In this document: in pieces, positions 41,089-56,794 of the stretch
Numbering within the stretch: position 1 is the stretch's first letter
Layout of the letters: every line of letters begins with the position of its first letter
Program-made: the position numbers and the translations under genes
The notes under the pieces: model-generated
The model's database searches: none
Told to the model about the DNA's origin: nothing
The model's input: the letters and a program-made list of their open reading frames with translations, nothing else
Assembly (NCBI RefSeq): GCF_009914755.1
Contig: NC_060925.1
Strand: one strand, 5' to 3'
DNA from: the human T2T-CHM13v2.0 reference genome, Homo sapiens
Length of the DNA: 64,000 nucleotides

Positions 41089-41690
41089 TCACAGGATATT
41101 TAAGATCAGATGAGATATGAAATAAGACCCATTTTTAAAAGCACAAAATGCTAAGCAAATAGGAGGTAACTATAATTAGCTTGGTTCCACAATACTTGGG
41201 ATCTCCCTGGCTATGTATTTTCTGGTGATCTTGAGAAGATTCTGTTTTATTTAATTGACGATGGTTCAAAATCTTTCCTCTGGAAAACCTTGACTGGAGT
41301 GTTCTTTCTACTTGCTTCAGACTATCTGCTTGCTCACCTCTCCACTATGTAAACGTAACTTACTGTGAGCGCCCAGGCCGTCTGGCTACTACAGATAAGC
41401 ACCCCAGCCCGGGAGCACAGACGCTGAACGCAGCCGCCTGACCAGAATGCAGACACCAGGGCAGATACCATTCTGAAGCTGTGGACTCTTCCCTTTCTGG
41501 GGAAATCAGTGAGTTGATATTTTCTATGTTGCCACAGGGAGCTCTTTCTGGCAAAGGAAACGGAAAGAAAACGCAGGATCTCCTCACCAAAGCACAGAAT
41601 GGGGAAAAACACCAAAGCCTGGGCAGTTGGGCAGTTAGGTACAAATCTACCAAGTGAGCAGACTTAACTAAAAGGGATTGTGATGATCTA

Positions 41691-42032
<342 letters not shown>

Positions 42033-42639
42033 CTAATTATCAGAGAAGCCAAGAGTTCAAGGCTAAGCAAAATTGTTAAGTAGGTCAAACTGGAGGTGCT
42101 TCAACCTTTTGATTTTAGCCCCATATACCTGCTTACTTCCCCCAGAGTGCCCTCCCTCACTAAACTGGCATCTAGTAGTCTTAGACCCTTATCAAAACCT
42201 TGTAAAGAAACAAATGGAATCTCATACTAAAGTATAAATAAACAGCTAGTCTTTTGAGTGAGATACAATAAAAGAATGTTTTAAAGAGATAAAGCTACCA
42301 GTAGAAGAGATGTCTTCAGTCTATCCACCTTCAGGGACCTTGACAATAGCCCTAAAATCATACCCAATAGGTGGTTTTGTACCCAGCTGTTGGCAAATAG
42401 GGTACCAAAGCTTGAAACTCTTCCAGATTAGTTCAAGTGGGCTTACAAAGAAGTTCAAGTGGACCTGCAGAGTAGTGGGTCTTATCTCCAAGCCCGAGCT
42501 GTAAGTAGCAACACTATTCTTTAGAAAGGCATTACATATCTTGCATAAATGAGAATCAGAGCTCCCCATACAATACTGCCACTGCCACTCTTCCTTGCAA
42601 ATGCTCCTTTTAAGTCCATACGTTAAGAATACCATTCTG

Positions 42640-43163
<524 letters not shown>

Positions 43164-43610
43164 TCATGCCAGTACTCACAAGAAATGTCAACGCTGGCAT
43201 ACACTTCACCAACAGGCAGATATATCTGTAAGATGCAGGGGTAAGTTCAAGTGCTTCCATGAGGCATTTCCGTAATTAATTATTAGCATTCATAGGCTAG
43301 ATACCTATAATACCAACTTCAGCATCGATCTAAAGGAAACCTATTCATTTAAACTGACAAAAACATGCTGTCATTTTCATTTCCATTACAAAGCATGCCA
43401 ATGCAGTAGAAACATTTTGATTGATTGAATGGCTTTCTCTCAATCTGCACGGCAACTGATCAGTTTACCAAGGGACAAATAGTTCAACAATTCAAGTCAA
43501 AAGCAGAGAAACCTTTTTTCTTTACTTATGAGGCATAAATCAGCTATTTAAAATATATAGAAATTACAAATAGTTAAAATTATCTTCTGGGAGATCCTAA
43601 ATAAGGTAAA

Positions 43611-43611
<1 letters not shown>

Positions 43612-43666
<55 letters not shown>

Positions 43667-43683
43667 ATATATATCTCTCTCTC
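43612..43683. repeat. Compound microsatellite (TG)~23 then (TA)n and (TC)n
   Basis: Read directly. Confidence 0.97.
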
Positions 43684-45349
43684 AACATGTAACCAGAAGA
43701 ACTGCTGCAACTGCCTGTTGTAGACTGCCTCCACAGCCCAGTAAGTGATGTACCACTTCATCTCCATCAAGACCTTAATTCCTGCCCCTAGAGAATAAAT
43801 GAGGTAACAAAACTGGAAGCACTTTGAGTCTCTAAAAGAAGCTATAGAAATCCTGAAAGAAGAAAAGACCAAGTACAAATAGAGTCTCTGAGAGGACAAA
43901 AAAAAAGTGTTGCATAAAAAGAGAGTCAAGGTGTTAATTGCTGAAGAGTCTTTCAGGTTGAAGAGAAGGATCCTTCACTATCCTGTATCCTGCAGCCCCT
44001 TCCTTCTTTTCAAGGAACTGCAGAGATTATGTCCGCCATTCCTATCAATTTGTTTATTCAGTGACCTTTTGACAGCCAAACTGCTAGGAGCTGCTCAGTT
44101 GCGGCACAGCCAAGCAGGCCTGCACAAGTTTCCACCACACCCAGGCTTCAGCTTGGTAGAAAATGAAAATGGTCAAGAGTTTTAATGAGTTGTTAATGAT
44201 TTAAGTACTCACAGTGATATGCTTGCAAGATAAGACAAAAGGAACTTAGGAGCAGTGAAACCAAATCAAACCAATAATACATTCAACAGTGATGAATACA
44301 ATTACACAACCTCTGCATACATTTAGGGAGCTTCCGAAACAGAATTTGGACTGGAACATCCCAAGGTCTAGCCTGCTTCCTCCACTCAGAAGCCCACCCA
44401 TACCCTTGCTAAGAAAGTATTCTACTGTTTTCTTTAAACTCTCCTGGAATTCTATAGGCTTCCTTCATAATTTTACCTTATTGCTCCACAAAAACTTGGC
44501 TTCTAACGTCAACCCTACCTCTCATCTGCTTACTGAGGACAGGACGAAACTTGAGTTGTTCCCTGCAGACAAAAGTACAACGGTTGACACTAAAGATCGC
44601 CTATTTGAAGTAAAACTGGTTTTAAGCAGGTTAATGAACCCCAGGCTTACAGGTTCTTGCACTTGGTATATTTCTCTAACACACCCCAACAAGATAAGAG
44701 ATTGGAAAATGGCTCCTTTGGCTGGTTGAGAAGGAATGTCATCTTTTTTTTTTTTTTTTTAAAGCGCTGATGGAATTACCCTGCTAGGGAACCAGCATGC
44801 ATATGTCATTCCTTTGTACAGTATTTTTACAAGTATTTGATTTTGTTTACCCTAATTTATCCAACTCGGGAATAAAAAGGAATCTCAGATCTATGAGAAG
44901 GACCTCCAATTTCTCATTCTCAGCTTCAAAACAAATTAGTCAGTTTAACATTAGTCAAGACACAGGTTGCTGTGAAATAAGAATGATTCTAGGTCATGAT
45001 TAAGATGGTTCTCCAAACTATCAACAAGACTGTCTAATCACCTGTTATGAACCCAACACTGTTAAACAGCAATGGCATGTACAAAAGAAGTAGGAAATAA
45101 AGTTCCTGTCGTCCACACCTAACAATCTAGAGGCAGCCTTCAATTAATTTGCTGATAGGGTGTATTGCATAATAAGTTTTATATATTTGTTGTTTGAAGT
45201 TCAAACACATTTCGCCATAAAAGGCATGCTATCGTGTTTCAGTTCTCATGCTGGTAGAAAACTGTCTTAGCCTCTAATGTAATTGAGATATCAAGTACCG
45301 TATGTGAAATGAAACATGATATTAAAAACTGGTGTAACATTAGAAATAT

Positions 45350-45570
45350 CTGACATGTATCTGGTGCTTTGTGAGCTTGAAAGAGTTCTTCATCTACATA
45401 AACTTCACATCATAGTGTATTATGTGATGATACACGGTCATATTGTCAACGGTTGAAGAAATTGAGGCACAGAAAGCCTAGAAGCTTATACAGAGTCACA
45501 CAGCTACTAAGTGGCAGCAGGACGCTCACGTTGGCCTTCCAACTCTAAATCCCGTTCTCTTTCCACTAGT
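45350..45570 (-). mobile_element. MIR
   Basis: GAAGAAATTGAGGCACAGA..GTCACACAGCTACTAAGTGGCAG. Confidence 0.7.
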
Positions 45571-46284
45571 GTAAAACTGAATAAGAAGCAGGTGTGAAGT
45601 GTTTTGTTTTGCTTTGTTTTTTAAGACTCATGGCTGAGAAAGAGGAAATTTTATCTGAGAAAGACAGGGAGGTAAGTGAAAACTTTTAGTGATTCAAAAG
45701 GAGGCTTAGGGGCACTTTTAGAAGCTTTCAAGGTTGACGAAGCTGGTGTTTATGGCTTTCATTTCACTTGGAGCCTCGTGGCCAGGCTTTTCCTCCTTTC
45801 AGATTTCTCACTGACTCTTTTCAAGTTCGACTGCCCTGATTAGAGTATGTTTTGTTTGGGATTTAACTCATGAATAGGAATACACCAACAGCAAAGAAGG
45901 GTTGGAACAGATTTCCTTGAGGTTACTGGACAAGCACTGGAAAAGAGAAGAGGAATGAGGAAGAGAAAAGTACAGATAAGATAAATTGCCTGAGGCAGAG
46001 TTAACTACACAGCAACCCTTGAAAGGAAGATACAGGGAAAAGGGGCTGAGGGAGGGTATTATTCTATGAAAGAGACATGGGACAGATATTGAGACAGCCC
46101 TCACCACTGTGCCATCAGGCCAGGGCAGCAGCAGCTGCAACTCAACTATGCGTAAATAGGTCTTTCCCTTATATGAAGGTCTACAGTTGAGAAGACATCT
46201 GTGAAATTAGCAGATGACAGCACAAATAATCCCACATATATGCCTTTCAAAAAATCTCTCTAACCGAGTAAAAATGCAAAGAAT

Positions 46285-46460
46285 TTCATTCGTTCATTCA
46301 TTCATCCAATACACATTTATTATATGCTAAGCACTCTGCTAGATGCTAGAAAACAACGATAAACAGAAACAGTCCCTGCTCTCAAAGAGCTCATAGCTTA
46401 GCAGACAAGAGATGTGTAAACAAATACGTGCAAAATAGTGTGATTGGTATGACCTCATTT
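46285..46460 (-). mobile_element. L2 3' end
   Basis: TTCATTCATTCA..ATGCTAAGCACTCTGCTAGATGC..GTCCCTGCTCTCAAAGAGCTCA. Confidence 0.7.
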
Positions 46461-49400
46461 TGTTAAATAGCGAGTACAGTATTGGCACAGTCATACTTCA
46501 AGCATGAACAGAGCCCAAGAGGTTCCCCAATGTGCTCAACTTGGCAGACTTGCTATTTATCATTTACCCATCCGTATTCAGAGGCTCGCACTCATGCTTA
46601 GGCCAAATCTCCATTATTAATCACATATTTACCAGCTAAGTCACTTTCCTAATGTCTACCCTACCCAAGTCACTGTTTTGTTTCTAAGAAGGAGGAAGGT
46701 GCGTGTTCATCTATCTCGCCCAAATTGTGTAAGGGCAACCTGAACTTGGGGCGGTGCAAAAGGGGTTCACTGTAACACGGCACGTCATTTCAAGTATGGC
46801 CCAGAAAGCAACAGGTGATTCACTTTAACAAACATACTTGAGCCTGTGTTATATAGGTCAAGTCTCATCAAAACAAACACCAAGAGATGGTCCACTTTCT
46901 TCTGTTGCAGCAAATAAAATCTTAATATATATTTGTTTGGGGTATGTAATTTGCAAAGCTGATACACAAGCATTACTTCATTTAGTCAACACAGCAACTC
47001 CTAGATGTAGGAATTATATGTTCATCCTATATCTGAAGAGGCTTGAGGCCAGGAGAGGTTAGAGACTTACCCAGGGCCACATAGTTGATGGCAAGGGTCA
47101 GAGCTACCACTGGTACCCAAGCCTCTGACCTCCAGCTGAGTGGTCTTTTTTCTACCAAACTGTGGCGTAAAACTCTCAAGCCAACTGTGGGTAATCTCTG
47201 TTACACAGAAAGAATTTATAAAGGAGGAGAGTAATAACTCCTATAGTCTCCTTGGATTGAACACATTGGATGAGAAGTACTCATAGGCCACTCTCCTCAA
47301 AATAGAAATAACACTAAAAATTCAAAGCCTTTGGAAGTGAGAATAGAATACATTAAGTTCAACTGCCAATATCTGAAATATAATTTCCTATAAATGGCTT
47401 TAGCCTGATCCCCTCTTTCAACATATCCTACAATCAAAATCTCCAATCAAATCCTCTATCAAAGCACCATCTCCCCATTCCAAAGTTATTCAAATTAAGG
47501 AGATCAACCACTTCTGCCTCCACACCCCGAAACAGCACCAGCACCACCTAGTCATGTTTTGCTGAACTCAGCCTCTCCCACACTCCCCAGGCTGCCTTTA
47601 AAAGAACTTGTTCATTAGCTGGCTCTTCAGTCACCCATGGGAGGTCAGGTGGTGGAGGGTGCTGGCAGGGCTTGACTTGACTTTTCTTTCATTCCCAGCT
47701 GACCCTCATAAGGGGCCTCCAACCAAACTCGGAGCAAGGCAGCTCAGAACTCCAGTTTTCTCTCTCCTTGTTTAGCTGTGCTCTTTCCCTACAGGGCACA
47801 GGGATAGAAAATGCTATTAATTCCTGCACACAAACACGAAGCCCCTTCAAGGGAGAATATTTCTGAAAGTGAAAGGTAAGAAGCTGCAAAAGGAGGTCAG
47901 GTATTTGGCACGTAAGAGGGGTGTCATCTATTTCACAGTTTCTCTGCAACATTCCCAATTTAGAAGAAAAGAAAATGACAGATTTAATGAAAGGCGGATG
48001 GGGGTGGCATTGTCACTTGCCTAATGAAATTCCTGCTTGAATGGAACTGTCATCTCAAACTCAGGGTATCTAAAATAATGCTCATTCTCTCACCAACTGC
48101 TGCACCTCTTCCTGGCTTCCATATGTCTATTTCTGCCATTGCCACCATCGTTCTCCCTGTCTCCCAAACTAAAAACCTCAGGCATTCCTGACTCTTACTT
48201 CACCCCTAGGCCCCACACCCATCTCGGCAGCTCATCTTCCCATCTTAGTGGTATCTCCTGATTACAGTGTGGTCAAACATAAGATCCAAGATAAAAGAAC
48301 CAGCAGGCTTTAGAGTTGGACAGACCTGAGCTGCAGTCCCCATTCCATCATGGGTCACCATCACCTCGGATCATCTGCCTGACTCAAATTTCTTGTTCAG
48401 TAAATGGGGACTCGCAATTCCCTCACAGGTGACTCCAGTAATTGATCACATTTAACAGCATGTTTGCAGCACCCACCACAAGGCCTGGTATGCTGTGTGG
48501 GCAGGAACAAGCCTCTTGCCCCCAGCCAGGCAACTCAGAGCAACCAGGGAGTCCCTCTGAAATGACTTCATCACACTTCATCACTCTTCAACTCAGAGTG
48601 CCCCCACTGTTCTTTGTTGCCCCAGTATGAAGCCAGACTCTGGCTGATCTTCAAGGTCATCAAAAACTATCCAGTTCGATCTTACTCCTCTGTCTATAAC
48701 TCCTCTGCTCCAGCCCAAGAGTCTACTCCCTCACTCAGCACACATTTATTGGGTGCCTACCACATGCAAACATGGTGCAGGAGGCTGGGAATGTTGAAAT
48801 GACAGGCTGCCCACTGCCCACCCTCAAAGAACTCACAAGCTTTCTGGTAGTGAGTGTAGTCTGGGGGAAGGAGCGTGGGGGTGGGGGTGAGGGTGGATAA
48901 AACCATCATTGTATTAGGGTGTAGGAAGTGATGCAGGAGCGGTAAGCACGGTGGGGGCTGTGGGAACTCCACTGAGGGAAGACACACTGCCTCTGTTCTT
49001 TCCTCCTACTATCGACTTAGCCAAATCCTAGTCCATAAATCAAGGTCTTATTCATTCTGGCCCACACCTCTCCCATCTCAAAATTCCTCAAGTTCTTATC
49101 AACACCACTCATTTTCAGTCATCTGCTGGCTGATGTCATTTCTTGTATTGCTGTGGGTTATTTTTTTTTTTAACTACTTTCGTATAGGTAGGCTTTTTTT
49201 CTCCATGGTTTCTATGATCACAGACAATAAGGACTAGGCTCTAGACAGTTCTAAGTCTCTCACGGAAACTACATACTCATTATTTTGTGGAATAGTTGAT
49301 ATATTTGGAACTACTGACAACTGCAAAATAACACATTCCTTTCCCTTTGAAAAACAGGCACTTCCCTCGCTGCTAGGTTCTGAGTTCTGTGTTGTCTTAC

Positions 49401-49709
49401 ACTTTTCATCCAACCCAAGATGAGAGACGAAACCCTTGCTATCTCAAAAAACGATCCAAAATGTAATTTGTTTAAAAATGGTAGTTTTTAACTTTTAAAA
49501 TTGTTCCATCTAAAAAGTTATTCAAATAAAATCTTAGCGGGACACCCAATATCGTGAACATAAAAGCAGAGCTATTCTGGTTGGAGCTGTGGGGACAGCC
49601 TAGTGCTGCTACCTCAAAGGGGAAAATATTTGACTCCCTCATCAGCAACCCCTGATGCACATCCAGCGGCAGCACCGCTACAGCATGATGGAGAACTCAT
49701 CTTGCCCAC

Positions 49710-50706
<997 letters not shown>

Positions 50707-50907
50707 TTATCTCAGTTTATCTATACAACCACCCTGGGATGTAGGCAGAACATATATTATGCCAGTTTCTTGATAAGGAAATTGAAACAACTTAAATGAT
50801 CAGTCCAAAGGGAGAGAAATATACATGTATCTTCCCTAGTAAGATGCAAAACCTACTTTTCTATCTTCTAATGTACAATCTTGCCATTACAAAAAACTAC
50901 CTCCATC

Positions 50908-51036
50908 TTTTTTTTTTTGTAGACAGGATCTCCAAAATGTTGCCCAGGCTCATCTTGAACCCCTGGGCTCAAGAGATTCTCCTGCCTCAGCCTCCAGAGT
51001 AGCTGGGACTATAGGTACACATCACCATGCCTGGCT
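50908..51036 (-). mobile_element. FLAM monomer
   Basis: poly(T)-GTAGACAGGATCTC..CTGGGCTCAAG..ACCATGCCTGGC. Confidence 0.85.
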
Positions 51037-51049
51037 TATCTCTATTTTC

Positions 51050-51640
51050 TAAAAAATACCTGTATACACAAAAATCTATAATGAATGTTCAGAGCAGCTT
51101 CATTCATAACAGCCTAAAATAGGAAACAACCCATATGTCCGAACCATCATACATTCATACCATAGAATACTGCTCAGCAATAAAAAGGGATACACTATTG
51201 ATATGCACAACAACCTGAATGAGTCTTCAGACACTTGTGCTGAGTGAAAAAAAAAGGCCAATCCTAAAAAGCTACATGCTAATGGTTCCGTTTTTATAAT
51301 ATTCTTGAAATGACAATATTATAAACATGGACAAGAGATTAGTGGTTGCCAGCAGTTAAGGACTAAGGACTAAAGTGGGGTGAGATGAAAGAGTGAACTG
51401 GGAGGGGCAGGACTAGAAAAGGACAACATGAGTGATCCTTGCAGTGATGGAACTGTTTAGAATTTTGACTGTATCAATGTCAAGGTCCTGATTATGATAC
51501 TGTGTTATAGTTTTGCAAGATGTTAACCATCAGAGGAATCTAAGTAACAGGTATGTGCAATCTCTCTGCATTATTTCTTACAACTGCATGTGAATGCATA
51601 ATTATCTCAAAATAAAATATTAAAAAAAAGAAAAAAAAAA
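51050..51640 (+). mobile_element. L1MC1/2-like 3' end
   Basis: GAATACTGCTCAGCAATAAAAAGG..TTCTTGAAATGACAA..ATTAGTGGTTGCCAG..TTACAACTGCATGTGAAT. Confidence 0.85.
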
Positions 51641-51874
51641 AGGCCGGATATCATCCTGCCCTGTGTTGTACAATTCTGAGGTTAAATGAGATAAAGTATG
51701 GCAAGGCACTTTGACTGCCTTGTGCCCTGTAAATACTAGGTAACATCATCATCTTCCTCTATCAACCAGTCTCATCAGCATTACTCACTGTTAGACTATT
51801 CCTTATCCACAGAGCCTTCGATATCTCTCTACTATGACCCTATCACTGTACTTGTGTAATCCGATCACCCCTCT

Positions 51875-52262
51875 TGCTATTGTTTGAATGTCCCCTCCAA
51901 AACTCATGTTGAAACTTAATCCCCATGGTGGGGCCTTCAAGAGGTGACTGGATCATGAAGGCATGTCATCATGAATGGATTAATAGATTAATGGGTTATC
52001 TTGGCAGTGAAACTAGTGGCTTTTTAAGAAGAGGAAGAGGGACCCGAGCTGGCAAGTTTACACACTCAGCTCCCTCTCTATGTGATATCCTACGCCACCT
52101 TGGGACTCTGTGGAGAGTTCCCATCAGCAAGAAGGCCCTCACCAGATTCAGCCCTCAATCTTGGACTTCCCAGCCTCCAGAACCGGAAAAAAAAAATTGT
52201 TTCTTTGCAAATTACCCAGTTTCAGGCATTGTGTTATAATCAACAGAAAACGGACTAAGACA
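51875..52262 (+). mobile_element. MST-family MaLR solo LTR, full length, inserted in L2
   Basis: TG...CA termini: TGCTATTGTTTGAATGTCCCCTCCAAAACTCATGTTG ... AACAGAAAACGGACTAAGACA. Confidence 0.9.
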
Positions 52263-52348
52263 TTTCTAATAGACTGCAGCTCCTTGAAGGCAGAAACTTT
52301 TTTCTGTATCTCTCTATGCCCACAGCTTAGCATAGTATAAAACATATA

Positions 52349-52642
52349 GGCCAGGTACGGTGGCTCTCGCCTATAATCCCAGCACTTTGGGAGGCTGAGG
52401 CAGGCGGATCATGAGGTCAGGAGTTCGAGACCAGCCTGAACAACATGGTGAAACCCTGTCTCTACTAAAAATTTAAAAATTAGCCAGGCGTGGTGGCACG
52501 TGCCTGTAATCCCAGCTACTCAGGAGGCTGAGGCAGGAGAATCACTTGAATCCGGGAGTCGGAGGTTGCAGTGAGCCAAGATAACATCACTGCACTCCAG
52601 CCTGAGTGACAGAGCAAGACTCTGCCTCAAAAAAAAAAAAAA
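52349..52642 (+). mobile_element. AluSg-like
   Basis: GGATCATGAGGTCAGGAGTTCGAG, poly(A). Confidence 0.93.
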
Positions 52643-54014
52643 GACAACATACAGTAGGTGCTAAATAAATGGCTGCCAGGTTGAAATTAGCTCATGATCT
52701 TCTTGTTCAATACAAAGTGTCCCAACACTGGAGGAAGTGAGGAGGGGAGGGGACAGGAAAGAAGAACACTCCAGTAGCTATAAGCCAACGCCTTGAAAGT
52801 TTCATCAATAGCCTCCTCCTTCCCAAGTTGCTGAGAACCCAAATGAAGCAAATGTCTGTATAGAGGGTGTGGCCACAGCAGCAAAAACATGAGTTCAATT
52901 CATCAAGTCTCTTCTTTAAACTATTTCAAGTTCTGCAAATGAAGGAACTGACCATTTATAGATTGGGTCACTGGAACAAGATGGAAAGGTGGGCTGTGGT
53001 ATACTATTCTGGAAAGGATTTTAAAGGTTAGCTGACAGCCCTTTTCCTGAAATGATTAACACTGAAGAATTGTCCGAGGGCAGAATGTATTTAAATACTC
53101 TGTCAAGATCTCTCAGAGATCTGACACTCTCGGCCCAGGCAAACATATTTGGCTAGTGAGGTGGGGAGGGGGTTCCCATGCCCTGAAAACAATGCTAGCT
53201 CCTCACTCCTACTCCAAATAGTTTCAAGCATAAAAAAGTACAAGCAGTTGCTTTGCTGCTCCTAACGTTATCGGATAATTTTTCAAATTCTTACTCAATT
53301 ACATATCACGCTCTTATCTTCAATCTCCACAGGCCAAATAGCCTTGCTTTCACATCGTGCCCACTAAGCCTGCAGAACACAAGTATCCCTCCCAAGTAAT
53401 TCCAGCTCTCATAAACATGAGATCATTTTACATTAAGTTTTGTTAGAGTATTTGTGTGTATGGTGTTTGTGTGCGTGCGTGCACACGCGCATGCATAAGT
53501 GTGCATATGCCTTTTCTTCTAATAAGAGTAAGGAGATTTAACGCAAGAGAAGGTTAGAAACTTGGGAGGTTTCTGTCTCTGCTTAATGATTAACTCTTTT
53601 GCTACTGAATCCAGAAGAGCTGGCCTTTCTGGACTGGCAGTCCCACTCCCTGGCCAAAACAGCAAAAGAAAGCTCATACGCACACATTCACTCTTAGAAA
53701 GAAGTAACCAGCACAAATCGGTTTCAGCTTTGGCAGTGAGAACACTATTGCAGTTTTAAGGAGAATTAGGTGTTTCCATATTGTGTTGTTACTGGCCTTA
53801 AAATATCCAGATCAAGAACCTCATTAATCAAAGTAACACGTCATCTACCCAAAATGCTTCAATGTTTGATTTAAAATTGCTGACAGCAAAGAACTGAGAT
53901 AACTTACATAACCACAAATCACTGAAAAAGAGAGATCAGGAGATACAGCACAACGGACTCTAAAAATGGCTAAAAACACAAAGCCTAATTAATGTCATTT
54001 AAAGATGAAACCTT

Positions 54015-54040
54015 TAAGAAGAAAACAAAGAAAAAAAAAA
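54015..54040 (+). mobile_element. Poly(A)-only retro-insertion flanked by 14-bp TSD
   Basis: AAAGATGAAACCTT at 54001-54014 and 54041-54054, preceded by TTT. Confidence 0.7.
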
Positions 54041-54979
54041 AAAGATGAAACCTTAAACCAGAAGTAGAAGAGGGGAGTAGGAAGAACCTGTGCTATCTAT
54101 TCTCTGGTTTCTATCCTTCCCCCAGGACAATAATCAACATCTAGACTCTATGTGACAACTCACTTAACAATAGCCATTTTTTGTTCATATGTCCTAAAAA
54201 TCATGAAGCTAGGAACTAGTAATCCATCTTTCCACTTTCCAGCTGAGAAGCTGAGAATCCCAAAGGTGGAATGACATCTTCAACATTACATAGCTGGTCC
54301 TCCATTACCCTACATTTCTTCCTCCCTATGAATGATATTTTTTAAATGCTGTAATGATAAAAATATGAGCTGTCATTATTATTAATAGTACTCATTTAAA
54401 ACAACAGACTATTACTAGCCTATTCATTAGGCGAAAGGAAAACAAACATAAACATGAAAACATTTCAATTCCACATTACAGCATGCTTCATCACAATCCT
54501 CAAAGAAATCCTTAGTTGACAAAAGGCCTAATACATAAAGAGCAATGTAAGAGGCAAGAGGCCACTCCACATCCTAAAAGAGCCTGAAGTCACTTCCCGA
54601 ACAACCCAGATGTCTAGATCAACCCTATACCAGTTCCATAACCACACTGCCTCCCCCAGGTTTGTCCCAGACCAGATGTCAGAGATTACGAGCCTCCCAC
54701 TTCCTTATTTCTTTAATTTTCATTAAGGACAATCAATCAACTTCCTTTTTCTTTTAAATTTAAGTACTGCACACAACAACATAAATATCTGTAATACTAA
54801 GAGTTACACAAATTCCATTTCTGACCTACCAACATGGATGGGGAAAACCATACAAACCAGTTACAGCAGGGAATCTTCTAACTCTAGAAGTCTCTGAGCT
54901 TACTGGAAGTCCAAAGTTTAATAGTTATCCTGATTAAAACATCCTGATTAAAGTGATCCAGTCACAAGTTCACCTGTAG

Positions 54980-55564
<585 letters not shown>

Positions 55565-55829
55565 GATCTTCAACGTATTAATAAGCAAAAATAATGAACC
55601 CTGAAAGCTGGAAGGACCTTAGAAAGTTTCTAATGTTTAACCCCTAGTATTTTAGATGAGAATACCAAGGCATAGGGAGGTACAGTAGGTATGTAACAGA
55701 AAGACATTTAAAACACTGCATTAATTCTTTATTGTACCAAGTTACTAGGAAATGAGGACAATCAACTGAGTGTGTACAGCATCTCATAGTTTCAACTGAA
55801 TTCTTTCATTTCAGCTTCACACCAGTGTT

Positions 55830-56210
55830 AAGTCAGCTTAGGTTCATAATCTGTCCTCATCACTTACTAGCCATGTGCTTCAGAGCAAGTTATTTAACCT
55901 CACTGTGCGTCATCTGTAAAATGGGGATAATAATAGCAGCTACCTCACAGGACTGTTGAGAAATTCATGAGTTCATATATGTAAAGCACCTAAAACAGAG
56001 CTGAGACATAAGAAGCACTTGATAAACGCTAACCATCATCACCATCATTATTATAAGGGCCAAGAATTGTTGTTCCCATCTTACAGGGATTTTATAGGGA
56101 AACTAGGGATTTTGAGACCTTAGGTGAGTTATCTCCAAAATCATGGCAGCCAATGACAAAGCTAAACTAGAACCCAAGCTTTCTGCCTCCCAATCCAGCA
56201 CTTTCCCTTA
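55830..56210. mobile_element. Two MIRs in opposite orientation
   Basis: CATCTGTAAAATGGGGATAATAATAG (+) then CCCATCTTACAG..CTAGAACCCAAG (-). Confidence 0.75.
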
Positions 56211-56763
56211 GGATCATTCTGCCTGTGTAGAATCCTGTAGCTCAACGCGTAACAAAGTACTGTATTGGCCCAAAAGAAATGTTGCTCCAGAATAGGTACC
56301 TCAGTCAAGATGTCTTCCCAAAGAGCAGCTTACTCATCTGACAAGCTCTGGTGCAGTATCTCCACCGCCTACCAAAATAATAAACACACACACACACAAA
56401 ATCTAATGGGGAAAGGAAGCAGATTTCTAAGGGATTTCAATGTTTGGAGAAGAGTTGGCAACAGCCAACTCTTCAGAAACAAGACATATTTCTTAAAGCT
56501 TATGGCATGGCTTGTCATGGCCAGCTCATGCTCTTAAGTCCCTTTGTTTTCTGTGCTTTGTCCTCCTGTGGAGCCCTGGCCACCCAGCCACCCATGGCTG
56601 CCAGGGTCATCTTCTCCAGGGAGAGTATTCAGATCCTGCCCACCATGCCATGATTCTAAATGCAAGATCTGGGCTCAAACAGCAAAGATAAGGTCCCAAC
56701 TTTCACAGTGATTTCTGGGTCACCTCTCCACTGATTAATGCATTTAGAAGATATGGTTAAGAA

Positions 56764-56794
56764 AAACAAACAAACAAACAAACAAACAAACAAA
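56764..56794. repeat. (AAAC)7 microsatellite
   Basis: Read directly. Confidence 0.95.

Noticed and set aside
44289-44729. 146-aa non-Alu ORF
   Set aside because: No recognisable domain, GTG start, antisense to the inferred host; a length expected occasionally by chance
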